From: Nemertoderma westbladi
Lineage: Eukaryota > Animalia > Xenacoelomorpha
Direction: 5' to 3'
Assembly (NCBI GenBank): GCA_032718475.1
Contig: JAUCBJ010001183.1
Coordinates: 1 to 64,000, forward strand
Length of the DNA: 64,000 nt
How positions within the stretch are numbered: position 1 is the stretch's first letter; the number at the start of each line of letters is the position of its first letter. Under the pieces are notes generated by a model. That model searched no databases and was not told where the DNA came from. It saw nothing but the letters and a program-made list of their open reading frames with translations. Shown one piece after another: positions 39,201 through 54,200 of the stretch. A program made the translations under genes and the position numbers.

Positions 39201-42200
39201 GAGTGCTGTGTGAACCCGGTAGATGAGTAGTAGAGTAAACAAAACGTAGGCTGTGTGAACCCGGTAGAGGAGTAGTAGAGTAAACAAAACTTAGAGTGCT
39301 GTGTGAACCCGGTAGATGAGTAGTAGAGTAAACAAAACTTAGAGTGCTGTGTGAACCCGGTAGATGAGTAGTAGTGTAAACAAAACTTTGAGTGCTGTGT
39401 GAACCCGGTAGATGAGTAGTAGAGTAAACAAAACGTAGGCTGTGTGAACCCGGTAGAGGAGTAGTAGAGTAAACAAAACTTAGAGTGCTGTGTGAACCCG
39501 GTAGATGAGTAGTAGAGTAAACAAAACTTAGAGTGCTGTGTGAACCCGGTAGATGAGTAGTAGAGTAAACAAAACTTAGAGTGCTGTGTGAACCCGGTAG
39601 ATGAGTAGTAGAGTAAACAAAACGTAGGCTGTGTGAACCCGGTAGAGGAGTAGTAGAGTAAACAAAACTTAGAGTGCTGTGTGAACCCGGTAGATGAGTA
39701 GTAGAGTAAACAAAACTTAGAGTGCTGTGTGAACCCGGTAGATGAGTAGTAGAGTAAACAAAACTTAGAGTGCTGTGTGAACCCGGTAGAGGAGTAGTAG
39801 AGTAAACAAAACTTAGAGTGCTGTGTGAACCCGGTAGATGAGTAGTAGAGTAAACAAAACTTAGAGTGCTGTGTGAACCCGGTAGATGAGTAGTAGTGTA
39901 AACAAAACTTTGAGTGCTGTGTGAACCCGGTAGATGAGTAGTAGAGTAAACAAAACGTAGGCTGTGTGAACCCGGTAGATGAGTAGTAGAGTAAACAAAA
40001 CTTAGAGTGATGTGTGAACCCGGTAGATGAGTAGTAGAGTAAACAAAACTTAGAGTTCTGTGTGAACCCGGTAGATGAGTAGTAGAGTAAACAAAACTTT
40101 GAGTGCTGTGTGAACCCGGTAGCTGAGTAGTAGAGTAAACAAAACTTAGAGTGCTGTGTGAACCTGGTAGATGAGTAGTAGAGTAAACAAAACTTAGAGT
40201 GCTGTGTGAACCCGGTAGAGGAGTAGTAGAGTAAACAAAACTTAGAGTGCTGTGTGAACCCGGTAGATGAGTAGTAGAGTGCTGTGTGAACCTGGTAGCT
40301 GAGTAGTAGAGTAAACAAAACTTTGAGTTCTGTGTGAACCCGGTAGATGAGTAGTAGAGTAAACAAAACGTAGGCTGTGTGAACCCGGTAGAGGAGTAGT
40401 AGAGTAAACAAAACTTAGAGTGCTGTGTGAACCCGGTAGATGAGTAGTAGAGTAAACAAAACTTAGAGTGCTGTGTGAACCCGGTAGATGAGTAGTAGTG
40501 TAAACAAAACTTTGAGTGCTGTGTGAACCCGGTAGATGAGTAGTAGAGTAAACAAAACGTAGGCTGTGTGAACCCGGTAGAGGAGTAGTAGAGTAAACAA
40601 ATCTTAGAGTGCTGTGTGAACCCGGTAGATGAGTAGTAGAGTAAACAAAACTTAGAGTGCTGTGTGAACCCGGTAGATGAGTAGTAGAGTAAACAAAACT
40701 TAGAGTGCTGTGTGAACCCGGTAGATGAGTAGTAGAGTAAACAAAACGTAGGCTGTGTGAACCCGGTAGAGGAGTAGTAGAGTAAACACAACTTAGAGTG
40801 CTGTGTGAACCCGGTAGATGAGTAGTAGAGTAAACAAAACTTAGAGTGCTGTGTGAACCCAGTAGATGAGTAGTAGAGTAAACAAAACTTAGAGTGCTGT
40901 GTGAACCCGGTAGAGGAGTAGTAGAGTAAACAAAACTTAGAGTGCTGTGTGAACCCGGTAGATGAGTAGTAGAGTAAACAAAACGTAGGCTGTGTGAACC
41001 CGGTAGATGAGTAGTAGAGTAAACAAAACTTAGAGTGCTGTGTGAACCCGGTAGATGAGTAGTAGAGTAAACAAAACTTAGAGTGCTGTGTGAACCCGGT
41101 AGATGAGTAGTAGAGTAAACAAAACTTAGAGTGCTGTGTGAACCCGGTAGATGAGTAGTAGAGTAAACAAAACGTAGGCTGTGTGAACCCGGTAGCTGAG
41201 TAGTAGAGTAAACAAAACTTAGAGTGCTGTGTGAACCCGGTAGATGAGTAGTAGAGTAAACAAAACTTAGAGTGCTGTGTGAACCCGGTAGATGAGTAGT
41301 AGAGTAAACAAAACTTAGAGTGCTGTGTGAACCCGGTAGATGAGTAGTAGAGTAAACAAAACTTAGAGTTCTGTGTGAACCCGGTAGATGAGTAGTAGAG
41401 TAAACACAACTTTGAGTGCTGTGTGAACCCGGTAGATGAGTAGTAGAGTAAACACAACTTTGAGTGCTGTGTGAACCCGGTAGATGAGTAGTAGAGTAAA
41501 CAAAACTTAGAGTGCTATGTGAACCCGGTAGATGAGTGTAGTAGAGTAAACAAAACTTAGAGTGCTGTGTGAACCCGGTAGATGAGTAGTAGAGTAAACA
41601 AAACTTAGAGTGCTGTGTGAACCCGGTAGATGTGTAGTAGAGTAAACAAAACTTAGAGTGCTGTGTGAACCCGGTAGCTGAGTAGTAGAGTAAACAAAAC
41701 TTAGAGTGCTGTGTGAACCCGGTAGATGAGTAGTAGAGTAAACAAAACTTAGAGTGCTGTGTGAACCCGGTAGAGGAGTAGTAGAGTAAACAAAACTTAG
41801 AGTGCTGTGTGAACCCGGTAGATGAGTAGTAGAGTAAACAAAACTTAGAGTTCTGTGTGAACCCGGTAGATGAGTAGTAGAGAAAACAAAACTGTGAGTG
41901 CTGTGTGAACCCGGTAGATGAGTAGTAGAGTAAACAAAACTTAGAGTGCTGTGTGAACCCGGTAGATGAGTAGTAGAATAAACAAAACTTTGAGTGCTGT
42001 GTGAACCCGGTAGATGAGTAGTAGAGTAAACAAAACTTAGAGTGCTGTGTGAACCCGGTAGATGAGTAGTAGAGTAAACAAAACGCTATGTGAACCCGGT
42101 AGATGAGTAGTAGAGTAAACAAAACTTAGAGTGCTGTGTGAACCCGGTAGATGAGTAGTAGAGTAAACAAAACTTAGAGTTCTGTGTGAACCCGGTAGCT

Positions 42201-45200
42201 GAGTAGTACAGTAAACAAAACTTAGAGTGCTGTGTGAACCCGGTAGATGAGTAGTAGAGCAAACAAAACTTTGAGTGCTGTGTGAACCCGGTAGATGAAT
42301 AGTAAAGTAAACAAAACTTAGAGTGCTGTGTGAACCCGGTAGATGAGTAGTAGAGTAAACAAAACTTAGAGTGCTATGTGAACCCGGTAGATGAGTAGTA
42401 GAGTAAACAAAACGCTATGTGAACCTGGTAGATGAGTAGTAGAGTAAACAAAACTTAGAGTGGTGTGTGAACCCGGTAGATGAGTAGTAGAGTAAACAAA
42501 ACTTAGAGTGCTGTGTGAACCCGGTAGATGAGTAGTAGAGCAAACAAAACTTTGAGTGCTGTGTGAACCCGGTAGATGAATAGTAAAGTAAACAAAACTT
42601 AGAGTGCTGTGTGAACCCGGTAGATGAGTAGTAGAGTAAACAAAACTTAGAGTGCTGTGTGAACCCGGTAGATGAGTAGAAGAGTAAACAAAACTTAGAG
42701 TGCTATGTGAACCCGGTAGATGAGTAGTAGAGTAAACAAAACGCTATGTGAACCTGGTAGATGAGTAGTAGAGTAAACAAAGCTTAGAGTGCTGTGTGAA
42801 CCCGGTAGATGAGTAGTAGAGTAAACAAAACTTAGAGTGCTGTGTGAACCCGGTAGATGAGTAGTAGAGTAAACAAAACTTTGAGTGCTATGTGAACCCG
42901 GTAGATGAGTAGTAGAGTAAACAAAACTTAGAGTGGTGTGTGATCCCGGTAGATGAGTAGTAGAGTAAACAAAACTTTGAGTGCTATGTGAACCCGGTAG
43001 ATGAGTAGTAGAGTAAACAAAACTTAGAGTGGTGTGTGAACCCGGTAGATGAGTAGTAGAGTAAACAAAACTTTGAGTGCTGTGTGAACCCGGTAGATGA
43101 GTAGTAGAGTAAACAAAACTTAGAGTGGTGTATGAACCCGGTAGATGAGTAGTAGAGTAAACAAAACTTTGAGTGCTGTATGAACCCAGTAGATGAGTAG
43201 TAGAGTAAACAAAACTTAGAGTGCTGTGTGAACCCGGTAGAGGAGTAGTAGAGTAAACAAAACTTTGAGTGCTGTGTGAACCCGGTAGATGAGTAGTAGA
43301 GTAAACAAAACTCTAGAGTGGTGTGTGAACCCGGTAGCTGAGTAGTAGAGTAAACAAAACGTAGAGTGCTGTGTGAACCCGGTAGCTGAGTAGTAGAGTA
43401 AACAAAACTTAGAGTGGTGTGTGAACCCGGTAGCTGAGTAGTAGAGTAAACAAAACTTAGAGTGGTGTGTGAACCCAGTAGCTGAGTAGTAGAGTAAACA
43501 AAACGTAGAGTGCTGTGTGAACCCGGTAGCTGAGTAGTAGAGTAAACAAAACGTAGAGTGCTGTGTGAACCCGGTAGATGAGTAGTAGAGTAAACAAAAC
43601 TTTGAGTGCTGTGTGAACCCGGTAGCCGAGTAGTAGAGTAAACAAAACGTAGAGTGCTGTGTGAACCCGGTAGCTGAGTAGTAGAGTAAACAAAACGTAG
43701 AGTGCTGTGTGAACCCGGTAGATGAGTAGTAGAGTAAACAAAACTTAGAGTGCTGTGTGAACCCGGTAGATGAGTAGTAGAGTAAACAAAATTTAGAGTG
43801 CTGTGTGAACCCGGTAGATGAGTAGTAGAGTAAACAAAACTTAGAGTTCTGTGTGAACCCGGTAGATGAGTAGTAGAGTAAACAAAACTTTGAGTGCTGT
43901 GTGAACCCGGTAGCTGAGTAGTAGAGTAAACAAAACTTAGAGTGCTGTGTGAACCTGGTAGATGAGTAGTAGAGTAAACAAAACTTAGAGTGCTGTGTGA
44001 ACCCGGTAGAGGAGTAGTAGAGTAAACAAAACTTAGAGTGCTGTGTGAACCCGGTAGATGAGTAGTAGAGTGCTGTGTGAACCTGGTAGCTGAGTAGTAG
44101 AGTAAACAAAACTTTGAGTGCTGTGTGAACCCGGTAGATGAGTAGTAGAGTAAACAAAACTTAGAGTTCTGTGTGAACCCGGTAGATGAGTAGTAGAGTA
44201 AACAAAACTAAGAGTGCTGTGTGAACCCGGTAGCTGAGTAGTAGAGTAAACAAAACTTAGAGTGCTGTGTGAACCTGGTAGATGAGTAGTAGAGTAAACA
44301 AAACTAAGAGTGCTGTGTGAACCCGGTAGAGGAGTAGTAGAGTAAACAAAACTTAGAGTGCTGTATGAACCCGGTAGATGAGTAGTAGAGTGCTGTGTGA
44401 ACCTGGTAGCTGAGTAGTAGAGTAAACAAAACTTTGAGTGCTGTGTGAACCCGGTAGATGAGTAGTAGAGTAAACAAAACGTAGGCTGTGTGAACCCGGT
44501 AGAGGAGTAGTAGAGTAAACAAAACTTAGAGTGCTGTGTGAACCCGGTAGATGAGTAGTAGAGTAAACAAAACTTAGAGTGCTGTGTGAACCCGGTAGAT
44601 GAGTAGTAGTGTAAACAAAACTTTGAGTGCTGTGTGAACCCGGTAGTAGTAGAGTAAACAAAACGTAGGCTGTGTGAACCCGGTAGAGGAGTAGTAGAGT
44701 AAACAAAACTTAGAGTGCTGTGTGAACCCGGTAGATGAGTAGTAGAGTAAACAAAACTTAGAGTGCTGTGTGAACCCGGTAGATGAGTAGTAGAGTAAAC
44801 AAAACGTAGGCTGTGTGAACCCGGTAGAGGAGTAGTAGAGTAAACAAAACTTAGAGTGCTGTGTGAACCCGGTAGATGAGTAGTAGAGTAAACAAAACTT
44901 AGAGTGCTGTGTGAACCTGGTAGATGAGTAGTAGAGTAAACAAAACTTAGAGTGCTGTGTGAACCTGGTAGAGGAGTAGTAGAGTAAACAAAACTTAGAG
45001 TGCTGTGTGAACCCGGTAGATGAGTAGTAGAGTAAACAAAACTTAGAGTGCTGTGTGAACCCGGTAGATGAGTAGTAGAGTAAACAAAACTTAGAGTGCT
45101 GTGTGAACCCGGTAGATGAGTAGTAGTGTAAACAAAACTTTGAGTGCTGTGTGAACCCGGTAGATGAGTAGTAGAGTAAACAAAACGTAGGCTGTGTGAA

Positions 45201-48200
45201 CCCGGTAGATGAGTAGTAGAGTAAACAAAACTTAGAGTGATGTGTGAACCCGGTAGATGAGTAGTAGAGTAAACAAAACTTAGAGTTCTGTGTGAACCCG
45301 GTAGATGAGTAGTAGAGTAAACAAAACTTTGAGTGCTGTGTGAACCCGGTAGCTGAGTAGTAGAGTAAACAAAACTTAGAGTGCTGTGTAAACCTGGTAG
45401 ATGAGTAGTAGAGTAAACAAAACTTAGAGTGCTGTGTGAACCCGGTAGAGGAGTAGTAGAGTAAACAAAACTTAGAGTGCTGTGTGAACCCGGTAGATGA
45501 GTAGTAGAGTGCTGTGTGAACCTGGTAGCTGAGTAGTAGAGTAAACAAAACTTTGAGTTCTGTGTGAACCCGGTAGATGAGTAGTAGAGTAAACAAAACG
45601 TAGGCTGTGTGAACCCGGTAGAGGAGTAGTAGAGTAAACAAAACTTAGAGTGCTGTGTGAACCCGGTAGATGAGTAGTAGAGTAAACAAAACTTAGAGTG
45701 CTGTGTGAACCCGGTAGATGAGTAGTAGTGTAAACAAAACTTTGAGTGCTGTGTGAACCCGGTAGATGAGTAGTAGAGTAAACAAAACGTAGGCTGTGTG
45801 AACCCGGTAGAGGAGTAGTAGAGTAAACAAAACTTAGAGTGCTGTGTGAACCCGGTAGATGAGTAGTAGAGTAAACAAAACGTAGGCTGTGTGAACCCGG
45901 TAGAGGAGTAGTAGAGTAAACACAACTTAGAGTGCTGTGTGAACCCGGTAGATGAGTAGTAGAGTAAACAAAACTTAGAGTGCTGTGTGAACCCGGTAGA
46001 TGAGTAGTAGAGTAAACAAAACTTAGAGTGCTGTGTGAACCCGGTAGAGGAGTAGTAGAGTAAACAAAACTTAGAGTGCTGTGTGAACCCGGTAGATGAG
46101 TAGTAGAGTAAACAAAACTTAGAGTGCTGTGTGAACCCGGTAGATGATTAGTAGAGTAAACAAAACTTAGAGTGCTGTGTGAACCCGGTAGATGAGTAGT
46201 AGTGTAAACAAAACTTTGAGTGCTGTGTGAACCCGGTAGATGAGTAGTAGAGTAAACAAAACGTAGGCTGTGTGAACCCAGTAGATGAGTAGTAGAGTAA
46301 ACAAAACTTAGAGTGCTGTGTGAACCCGGTAGATGAGTAGTAGAGTAAACAAAACTTAGAGTGCTGTGTGAACCCGGTAGATGAGTAGTAGAGTAAACAA
46401 AACTTAGAGTGCTGTGTGAACCCGGTAGATGAGTAGTAGAGTAAACAAAACGTAGGCTGTGTGAACCCGGTAGCTGAGTAGTAGAGTAAACAAAACTTAG
46501 AGTGCTGTGTGAACCCGGTAGATGAGTAGTAGAGTAAACAAAACTTAGAGTGCTGTGTGAACCCGGTAGATGAGTAGTAGAGTAAACAAAACTTAGAGTG
46601 CTGTGTGAATCCGGTAGATGAGTAGTAGAGTAAACAAAACTTAGAGTTCTGTGTGAACCCGGTAGATGAGTAGTAGAGTAAACACAACTCTGAGTGCTGT
46701 GTGAACCCGGTAGATGAGTAGTAGAGTAAACACAACTTTGAGTGCTGTGTGAACCCGGTAGATGAGTAGTAGAGTAAACAAAACTTAGAGTGCTATGTGA
46801 ACCCAGTAGATGAGTAGTAGAGTAAACAAAACTTAGAGTGCTGTGTGAACCCGGTAGATGAGTAGTAGAGTAAACAAAACTTAGAGTGCTGTGTGAACCT
46901 GGTAGATGAGTAGTAGAGTAAACAAAACTTTGAGTGCTGTGTGAACCCGGTAGATGAGTAGTAGAGTAAACAAAACTTTGAGTGCTGTGTGAACCCGGTA
47001 GATGAGTAGTAGAGTAAACAAAACTTAGAGTGCTGTGTGAACCCGGTAGATGAGTAGTAGAGTAAACAAAACTTTGAGTGCTGTGTGAACCCGGTAGATG
47101 AGTACTAGAGTGCTGTGTGAACCTGGTAGCTGAGTAGTAGAGTAAACAAAACTTTGAGTTCTGTGTGAACCCGGTAGATGAGTAGTAGAGTAAACAAAAC
47201 GTAGGCTGTGTGAACCCGGTAGAGGAGTAGTAGAGTAAACAAAACTTAGAGTGCTGTGTGAACCCGGTAGATGAGTAGTAGAGTAAACAAAACTTAGAGT
47301 GCTGTGTGAACCCGGTAGATGAGTAGTAGTGTAAACAAAACTTTGAGTGCTGTGTGAACCCGGTAGATGAGTAGTAGAGTAAACAAAACGTAGGCTGTGT
47401 GAACCCGGTAGAGGAGTAGTAGAGTAAACAAAACTTAGAGTGCTGTGTGAACCCGGTAGATGAGTAGTAGAGTAAACAAAACTTAGAGTGCTGTGTGAAC
47501 CCGGTAGATGAGTAGTAGAGTAAACAAAACTTAGAGTGCTGTGTGAACCCGGTAGATGAGTAGTAGAGTAAACAAAACGTAGGCTGTGTGAACCCGGTAG
47601 AGGAGTAGTAGAGTAAACAAAACTTAGAGTGCTGTGTGAACCCGGTAGATGAGTAGTAGAGTAAACAAAACTTAGAGTGCTGTGTGAACCCGGTAGATGA
47701 GTAGTAGAGTAAACAAAACTTAGAGTGCTGTGTGAACCCGGTAGAGGAGTAGTAGAGTAAACAAAACTTAGAGTGCTGTGTGAACCCGGTAGATGAGTAG
47801 TAGAGTAAACAAAACTTAGAGTGCTGTGTGAACCCGGTAGATGAGTAGTAGAGTAAACAAAACTTAGAGTGCTGTGTGAACCCGGTAGATGAGTAGTAGT
47901 GTAAACAAAACTTTGAGTGCTGTGTGAACCCGGTAGATGAGTAGTAGAGTAAACAAAACGTAGGCTGTGTGAACCCGGTAGATGAGTAGTAGAGTAAACA
48001 AAACTTAGAGTGATGTGTGAACCCGGTAGATGAGTAGTAGAGTAAACAAAACTTAGAGTTCTGTGTGAACCCGGTAGATGAGTAGTAGAGTAAACAAAAC
48101 TTTGAGTGCTGTGTGAACCCGGTAGCTGAGTAGTAGAGTAAACAAAACTTAGAGTGCTGTGTGAACCTGGTAGATGAGTAGTAGAGTAAACAAAACTTAG

Positions 48201-51200
48201 AGTGCTGTGTGAACCCGGTAGAGGAGTAGTAGAGTAAACAAAACTTAGAGTGCTGTGTGAACCCGGTAGATGAGTAGTAGAGTGCTGTGTGAACCTGGTA
48301 GCTGAGTAGTAGAGTAAACAAAACTTTGAGTTCTGTGTGAACCCGGTAGATGAGTAGTAGAGTAAACAAAACGTAGGCTGTGTGAACCCGGTAGAGGAGT
48401 AGTAGAGTAAACAAAACTTAGAGTGCTGTGTGAACCCGGTAGATGAGTAGTAGAGTAAACAAAACTTAGAGTGCTGTGTGAACCCGGTAGATGAGTAGTA
48501 GTGTAAACAAAACTTTGAGTGCTGTGTGAACCCGGTAGATGAGTAGTAGAGTAAACAAAACGTAGGCTGTGTGAACCCGGTAGAGGAGTAGTAGAGTAAA
48601 CAAAACTTAGAGTGCTGTGTGAACCCGGTAGATGAGTAGTAGAGTAAACAAAACTTAGAGTGCTGTGTGAACCCGGTAGATGAGTAGTAGAGTAAACAAA
48701 ACTTAGAGTGCTGTGTGAACCCGGTAGATGAGTAGTAGAGTAAACAAAACGTAGGCTGTGTGAACCCGGTAGAGGAGTAGTAGAGTAAACACAACTTAGA
48801 GTGCTGTGTGAACCCGGTAGATGAGTAGTAGAGTAAACAAAACTTAGAGTGCTGTGTGAACCCGGTAGATGAGGAGTAGAGTAAACAAAACTTAGAGTGC
48901 TGTGTGAACCCGGTAGAGGAGTAGTAGAGTAAACAAAACTTAGAGTGCTGTGTGAACCCGGTAGATGAGTAGTAGAGTAAACAAAACGTAGGCTGTGTGA
49001 ACCCGGTAGATGAGTAGTAGAGTAAACAAAACTTAGAGTGCTGTGTGAATCCGGTAGATGAGTAGTAGAGTAAACAAAACTTAGAGTGCTGTGTGAACCC
49101 GGTAGATGAGTAGTAGAGTAAACAAAACTTAGAGTGCTGTGTGAACCCGGTAGATGAGTAGTAGAGTAAACAAAACGTAGGCTGTGTGAACCCGGTAGCT
49201 GAGTAGTAGAGTAAACAAAACTTAGAGTGCTGTGTGAACCCGGTAGATGAGTAGTAGAGTAAACAAAACTTAGAGTGCTGTGTGAACCCGGTAGATGAGT
49301 AGTAGAGTAAACAAAACTTAGAGTGCTGTGTGAACCCGGTAGATGAGTAGTAGAGTAAACAAAACTTAGAGTTCTGTGTGAACCCGGTAGATGAGTAGTA
49401 GAGTAAACACAACTTTGAGTGCTGTGTGAACCCGGTAGATGAGTAGTAGAGTAAACACAACTTTGAGTGCTGTGTGAACCCGGTAGATGAGTAGTAGAGT
49501 AAACAAAACGTAGGCTGTGTGAACCCGGTAGATGAGTAGTAGAGTAAACAAAACTTAGAGTGATGTGTGAACCCGGTAGATGAGTAGTAGAGTAAACAAA
49601 ACTTAGAGTTCTGTGTGAACCTGGTAGATGAGTAGTAGAGTAAACAAAACTTTGAGTGCTGTGTGAACCCGGTAGCTGAGTAGTAGAGTAAACAAAACTT
49701 AGAGTGCTGTGTAAACCTGGTAGATGAGTAGTAGAGTAAACAAAACTTAGAGTGCTGTGTGAACCCGGTAGAGGAGTAGTAGAGTAAACAAAACTTAGAG
49801 TGCTGTGTGAACCCGGTAGATGAGTAGTAGAGTGCTGTGTGAACCTGGTAGCTGAGTAGTAGAGTAAACAAAACTTTGAGTTCTGTGTGAACCCGGTAGA
49901 TGAGTAGTAGAGTAAACAAAACGTAGGCTGTGTGAACCCGGTAGAGGAGTAGTAGAGTAAACAAAACTTAGAGTGCTGTGTGAACCCGGTAGATGAGTAG
50001 TAGAGTAAACAAAACTTAGAGTGCTGTGTGAACCCGGTAGATGAGTAGTAGTGTAAACAAAACTTTGAGTGCTGTGTGAACCCGGTAGATGAGTAGTAGA
50101 GTAAACAAAACGTAGGCTGTGTGAACCCGGTAGAGGAGTAGTAGAGTAAACAAAACTTAGAGTGCTGTGTGAACCCGGTAGATGAGTAGTAGAGTAAACA
50201 AAACTTAGAGTGCTGTGTGAACCCGGTAGATGAGTAGTAGAGTAAACAAAACTTAGAGTGCTGTGTGAACCCAGTAGATGAGTAGTAGAGTAAACAAAAC
50301 GTAGGCTGTGTGAACCCGGTAGAGGAGTAGTAGAGTAAACACAACTTAGAGTGCTGTGTGAACCCGGTAGATGAGTAGTAGAGTAAACAAAACTTAGAGT
50401 GCTGTGTGAACCCGGTAGATGAGTAGTAGAGTAAACAAAACTTAGAGTGCTGTGTGAACCCGGTAGAGGAGTAGTAGAGTAAACAAAACTTAGAGTGCTG
50501 TGTGAACCCGGTAGATGAGTAGTAGAGTAAACAAAACTTAGAGTGCTGTGTGAACCCGGTAGATGATTAGTAGAGTAAACAAAACTTAGAGTGCTGTGTG
50601 AACCCGGTAGATGAGTAGTAGTGTAAACAAAACTTTGAGTGCTGTGTGAACCCGGTAGATGAGTAGTAGAGTAAACAAAACGTAGGCTGTGTGAACCCAG
50701 TAGATGAGTAGTAGAGTAAACAAAACTTAGAGTGCTGTGTGAACCCGGTAGATGAGTAGTAGAGTAAACAAAACTTAGAGTGCTGTGTGAACCCGGTAGA
50801 TGAGTAGTAGAGTAAACAAAACTTAGAGTGCTGTGTGAACCCGGTAGATGAGTAGTAGAGTAAACAAAACGTAGGCTGTGTGAACCCGGTAGCTGAGTAG
50901 TAGAGTAAACAAAACTTAGAGTGCTGTGTGAACCCGGTAGATGAGTAGTAGAGTAAACAAAACTTAGAGTGCTGTGTGAACCCGGTAGATGAGTAGTAGA
51001 GTAAACAAAACTTAGAGTGCTGTGTGAATCCGGTAGATGAGTAGTAGAGTAAACAAAACTTAGAGTTCTGTGTGAACCCGGTAGATGAGTAGTAGAGTAA
51101 ACACAACTCTGAGTGCTGTGTGAACCCGGTAGATGAGTAGTAGAGTAAACACAACTTTGAGTGCTGTGTGAACCCGGTAGATGAGTAGTAGAGTAAACAA

Positions 51201-54200
51201 AACTTAGAGTGCTATGTGAACCCGGTAGATGAGTAGTAGAGTAAACAAAACTTAGAGTGCTGTGTGAACCCGGTAGATGAGTAGTAGAGTAAACAAAACT
51301 TAGAGTGCTGTGTGAACCTGGTAGATGAGTAGTAGAGTAAACAAAACTTTGAGTGCTGTGTGAACCCGGTAGATGAGTAGTAGAGTAAACAAAACTTTGA
51401 GTGCTGTGTGAACCCGGTAGATGAGTAGTAGAGTAAACAAAACTTAGAGTGCTGTGTGAACCCGGTAGATGAGTAGTAGAGTAAACAAAACTTTGAGTTC
51501 TGTGTGAACCCGGTAGATGAGTAGTAGAGTAAACAAAACGTAGGCTGTGTGAACCCGGTAGAGGAGTAGTAGAGTAAACAAAACTTAGAGTGCTGTGTGA
51601 ACCCGGTAGATGAGTAGTAGAGTAAACAAAACTTAGAGTGCTGTGTGAACCCGGTAGATGAGTAGTAGTGTAAACAAAACTTTGAGTGCTGTGTGAACCC
51701 GGTAGATGAGTAGTAGAGTAAACAAAACGTAGGCTGTGTGAACCCGGTAGAGGAGTAGTAGAGTAAACAAAACTTAGAGTGCTGTGTGAACCCGGTAGAT
51801 GAGTAGTAGAGTAAACAAAACTTAGAGTGCTGTGTGAACCCGGTAGATGAGTAGTAGAGTAAACAAAACTTAGAGTGCTGTGTGAACCCGGTAGATGAGT
51901 AGTAGAGTAAACAAAACGTAGGCTGTGTGAACCCGGTAGAGGAGTAGTAGAGTAAACAAAACTTAGAGTGCTGTGTGAACCCGGTAGATGAGTAGTAGAG
52001 TAAACAAAACTTAGAGTGCTGTGTGAACCCGGTAGATGAGTAGTAGAGTAAACAAAACTTAGAGTGCTGTGTGAACCCGGTAGAGGAGTAGTAGAGTAAA
52101 CAAAACTTAGAGTGCTGTGTGAACCCGGTAGATGAGTAGTAGAGTAAACAAAACTTAGAGTGCTGTGTGAACCCGGTAGATGAGTAGTAGAGTAAACAAA
52201 ACTTAGAGTGCTGTGTGAACCCGGTAGATGAGTAGTAGTGTAAACAAAACTTTGAGTGCTGTGTGAACCCGGTAGATGAGTAGTAGAGTAAACAAAACGT
52301 AGGCTGTGTGAACCCGGTAGATGAGTAGTAGAGTAAACAAAACTTAGAGTGATGTGTGAACCCGGTAGATGAGTAGTAGAGTAAACAAAACTTAGAGTTC
52401 TGTGTGAACCCGGTAGATGAGTAGTAGAGTAAACAAAACTTTGAGTGCTGTGTGAACCCGGTAGCTGAGTAGTAGAGTAAACAAAACTTAGAGTGCTGTG
52501 TGAACCTGGTAGATGAGTAGTAGAGTAAACAAAACTTAGAGTGCTGTGTGAACCCGGTAGAGGAGTAGTAGAGTAAACAAAACTTAGAGTGCTGTGTGAA
52601 CCCGGTAGATGAGTAGTAGAGTGCTGTGTGAACCTGGTAGCTGAGTAGTAGAGTAAACAAAACTTTGAGTTCTGTGTGAACCCGGTAGATGAGTAGTAGA
52701 GTAAACAAAACGTAGGCTGTGTGAACCCGGTAGAGGAGTAGTAGAGTAAACAAAACTTAGAGTGCTGTGTGAACCCGGTAGATGAGTAGTAGAGTAAACA
52801 AAACTTAGAGTGCTGTGTGAACCCGGTAGATGAGTAGTAGTGTAAACAAAACTTTGAGTGCTGTGTGAACCCGGTAGATGAGTAGTAGAGTAAACAAAAC
52901 GTAGGCTGTGTGAACCCGGTAGAGGAGTAGTAGAGTAAACAAAACTTAGAGTGCTGTGTGAACCCGGTAGATGAGTAGTAGAGTAAACAAAACTTAGAGT
53001 GCTGTGTGAACCCGGTAGATGAGTAGTAGAGTAAACAAAACTTAGAGTGCTGTGTGAACCCGGTAGATGAGTAGTAGAGTAAACAAAACGTAGGCTGTGT
53101 GAACCCGGTAGAGGAGTAGTAGAGTAAACACAACTTAGAGTGCTGTGTGAACCCGGTAGATGAGTAGTAGAGTAAACAAAACTTAGAGTGCTGTGTGAAC
53201 CCGGTAGATGAGTAGTAGAGTAAACAAAACTTAGAGTGCTGTGTGAACCCGGTAGAGGAGTAGTAGAGTAAACAAAACTTAGAGTGCTGTGTGAACCCGG
53301 TAGATGAGTAGTAGAGTAAACAAAACGTAGGCTGTGTGAACCCGGTAGATGAGTAGTAGAGTAAACAAAACTTAGAGTGCTGTGTGAACCCGGTAGATGA
53401 GTAGTAGAGTAAACAAAACTTAGAGTGCTGTGTGAACCCGGTAGATGAGTAGTAGAGTAAACAAAACTTAGAGTGCTGTGTGAACCCGGTAGATGAGTAG
53501 TAGAGTAAACAAAACGTAGGCTGTGTGAACCCGGTAGCTGAGTAGTAGAGTAAACAAAACTTAGAGTGCTGTGTGAACCCGGTAGATGAGTAGTAGAGTA
53601 AACAAAACTTAGAGTGCTGTGTGAACCCGGTAGATGAGTAGTAGAGTAAACAAAACTTAGAGTGCTGTGTGAACCCGGTAGATGAGTAGTAGAGTAAACA
53701 AAACTTAGAGTTCTGTGTGAACCCGGTAGATGAGTAGTAGAGTAAACACAACTTTGAGTGCTGTGTGAACCCGGTAGATGAGTAGTAGAGTAAACACAAC
53801 TTTGAGTGCTGTGTGAACCCGGTAGATGAGTAGTAGAGTAAACAAAACTTAGAGTGCTATGTGAACCCGGTAGATGAGTAGTAGAGTAAACAAAACTTAG
53901 AGTGCTGTGTGAACCCGGTAGATGAGTAGTAGAGTAAACAAAACTTAGAGTGCTGTGTGAACCCGGTAGATGAGTAGTAGAGTAAACAAAACTTAGAGTG
54001 CTGTGTGAACCCGGTAGATGAGTAGTAGAGTAAACAAAACGTAGGCTGTGTGAACCCGGTAGCTGAGTAGTAGAGTAAACAAAACTTAGAGTGCTGTGTG
54101 AACCCGGTAGATGAGTAGTAGAGTAAACAAAACTTAGAGTGCTGTGTGAACCCGGTAGAGGAGTAGTAGAGTAAACAAAACTTAGAGTGCTGTGTGAACC

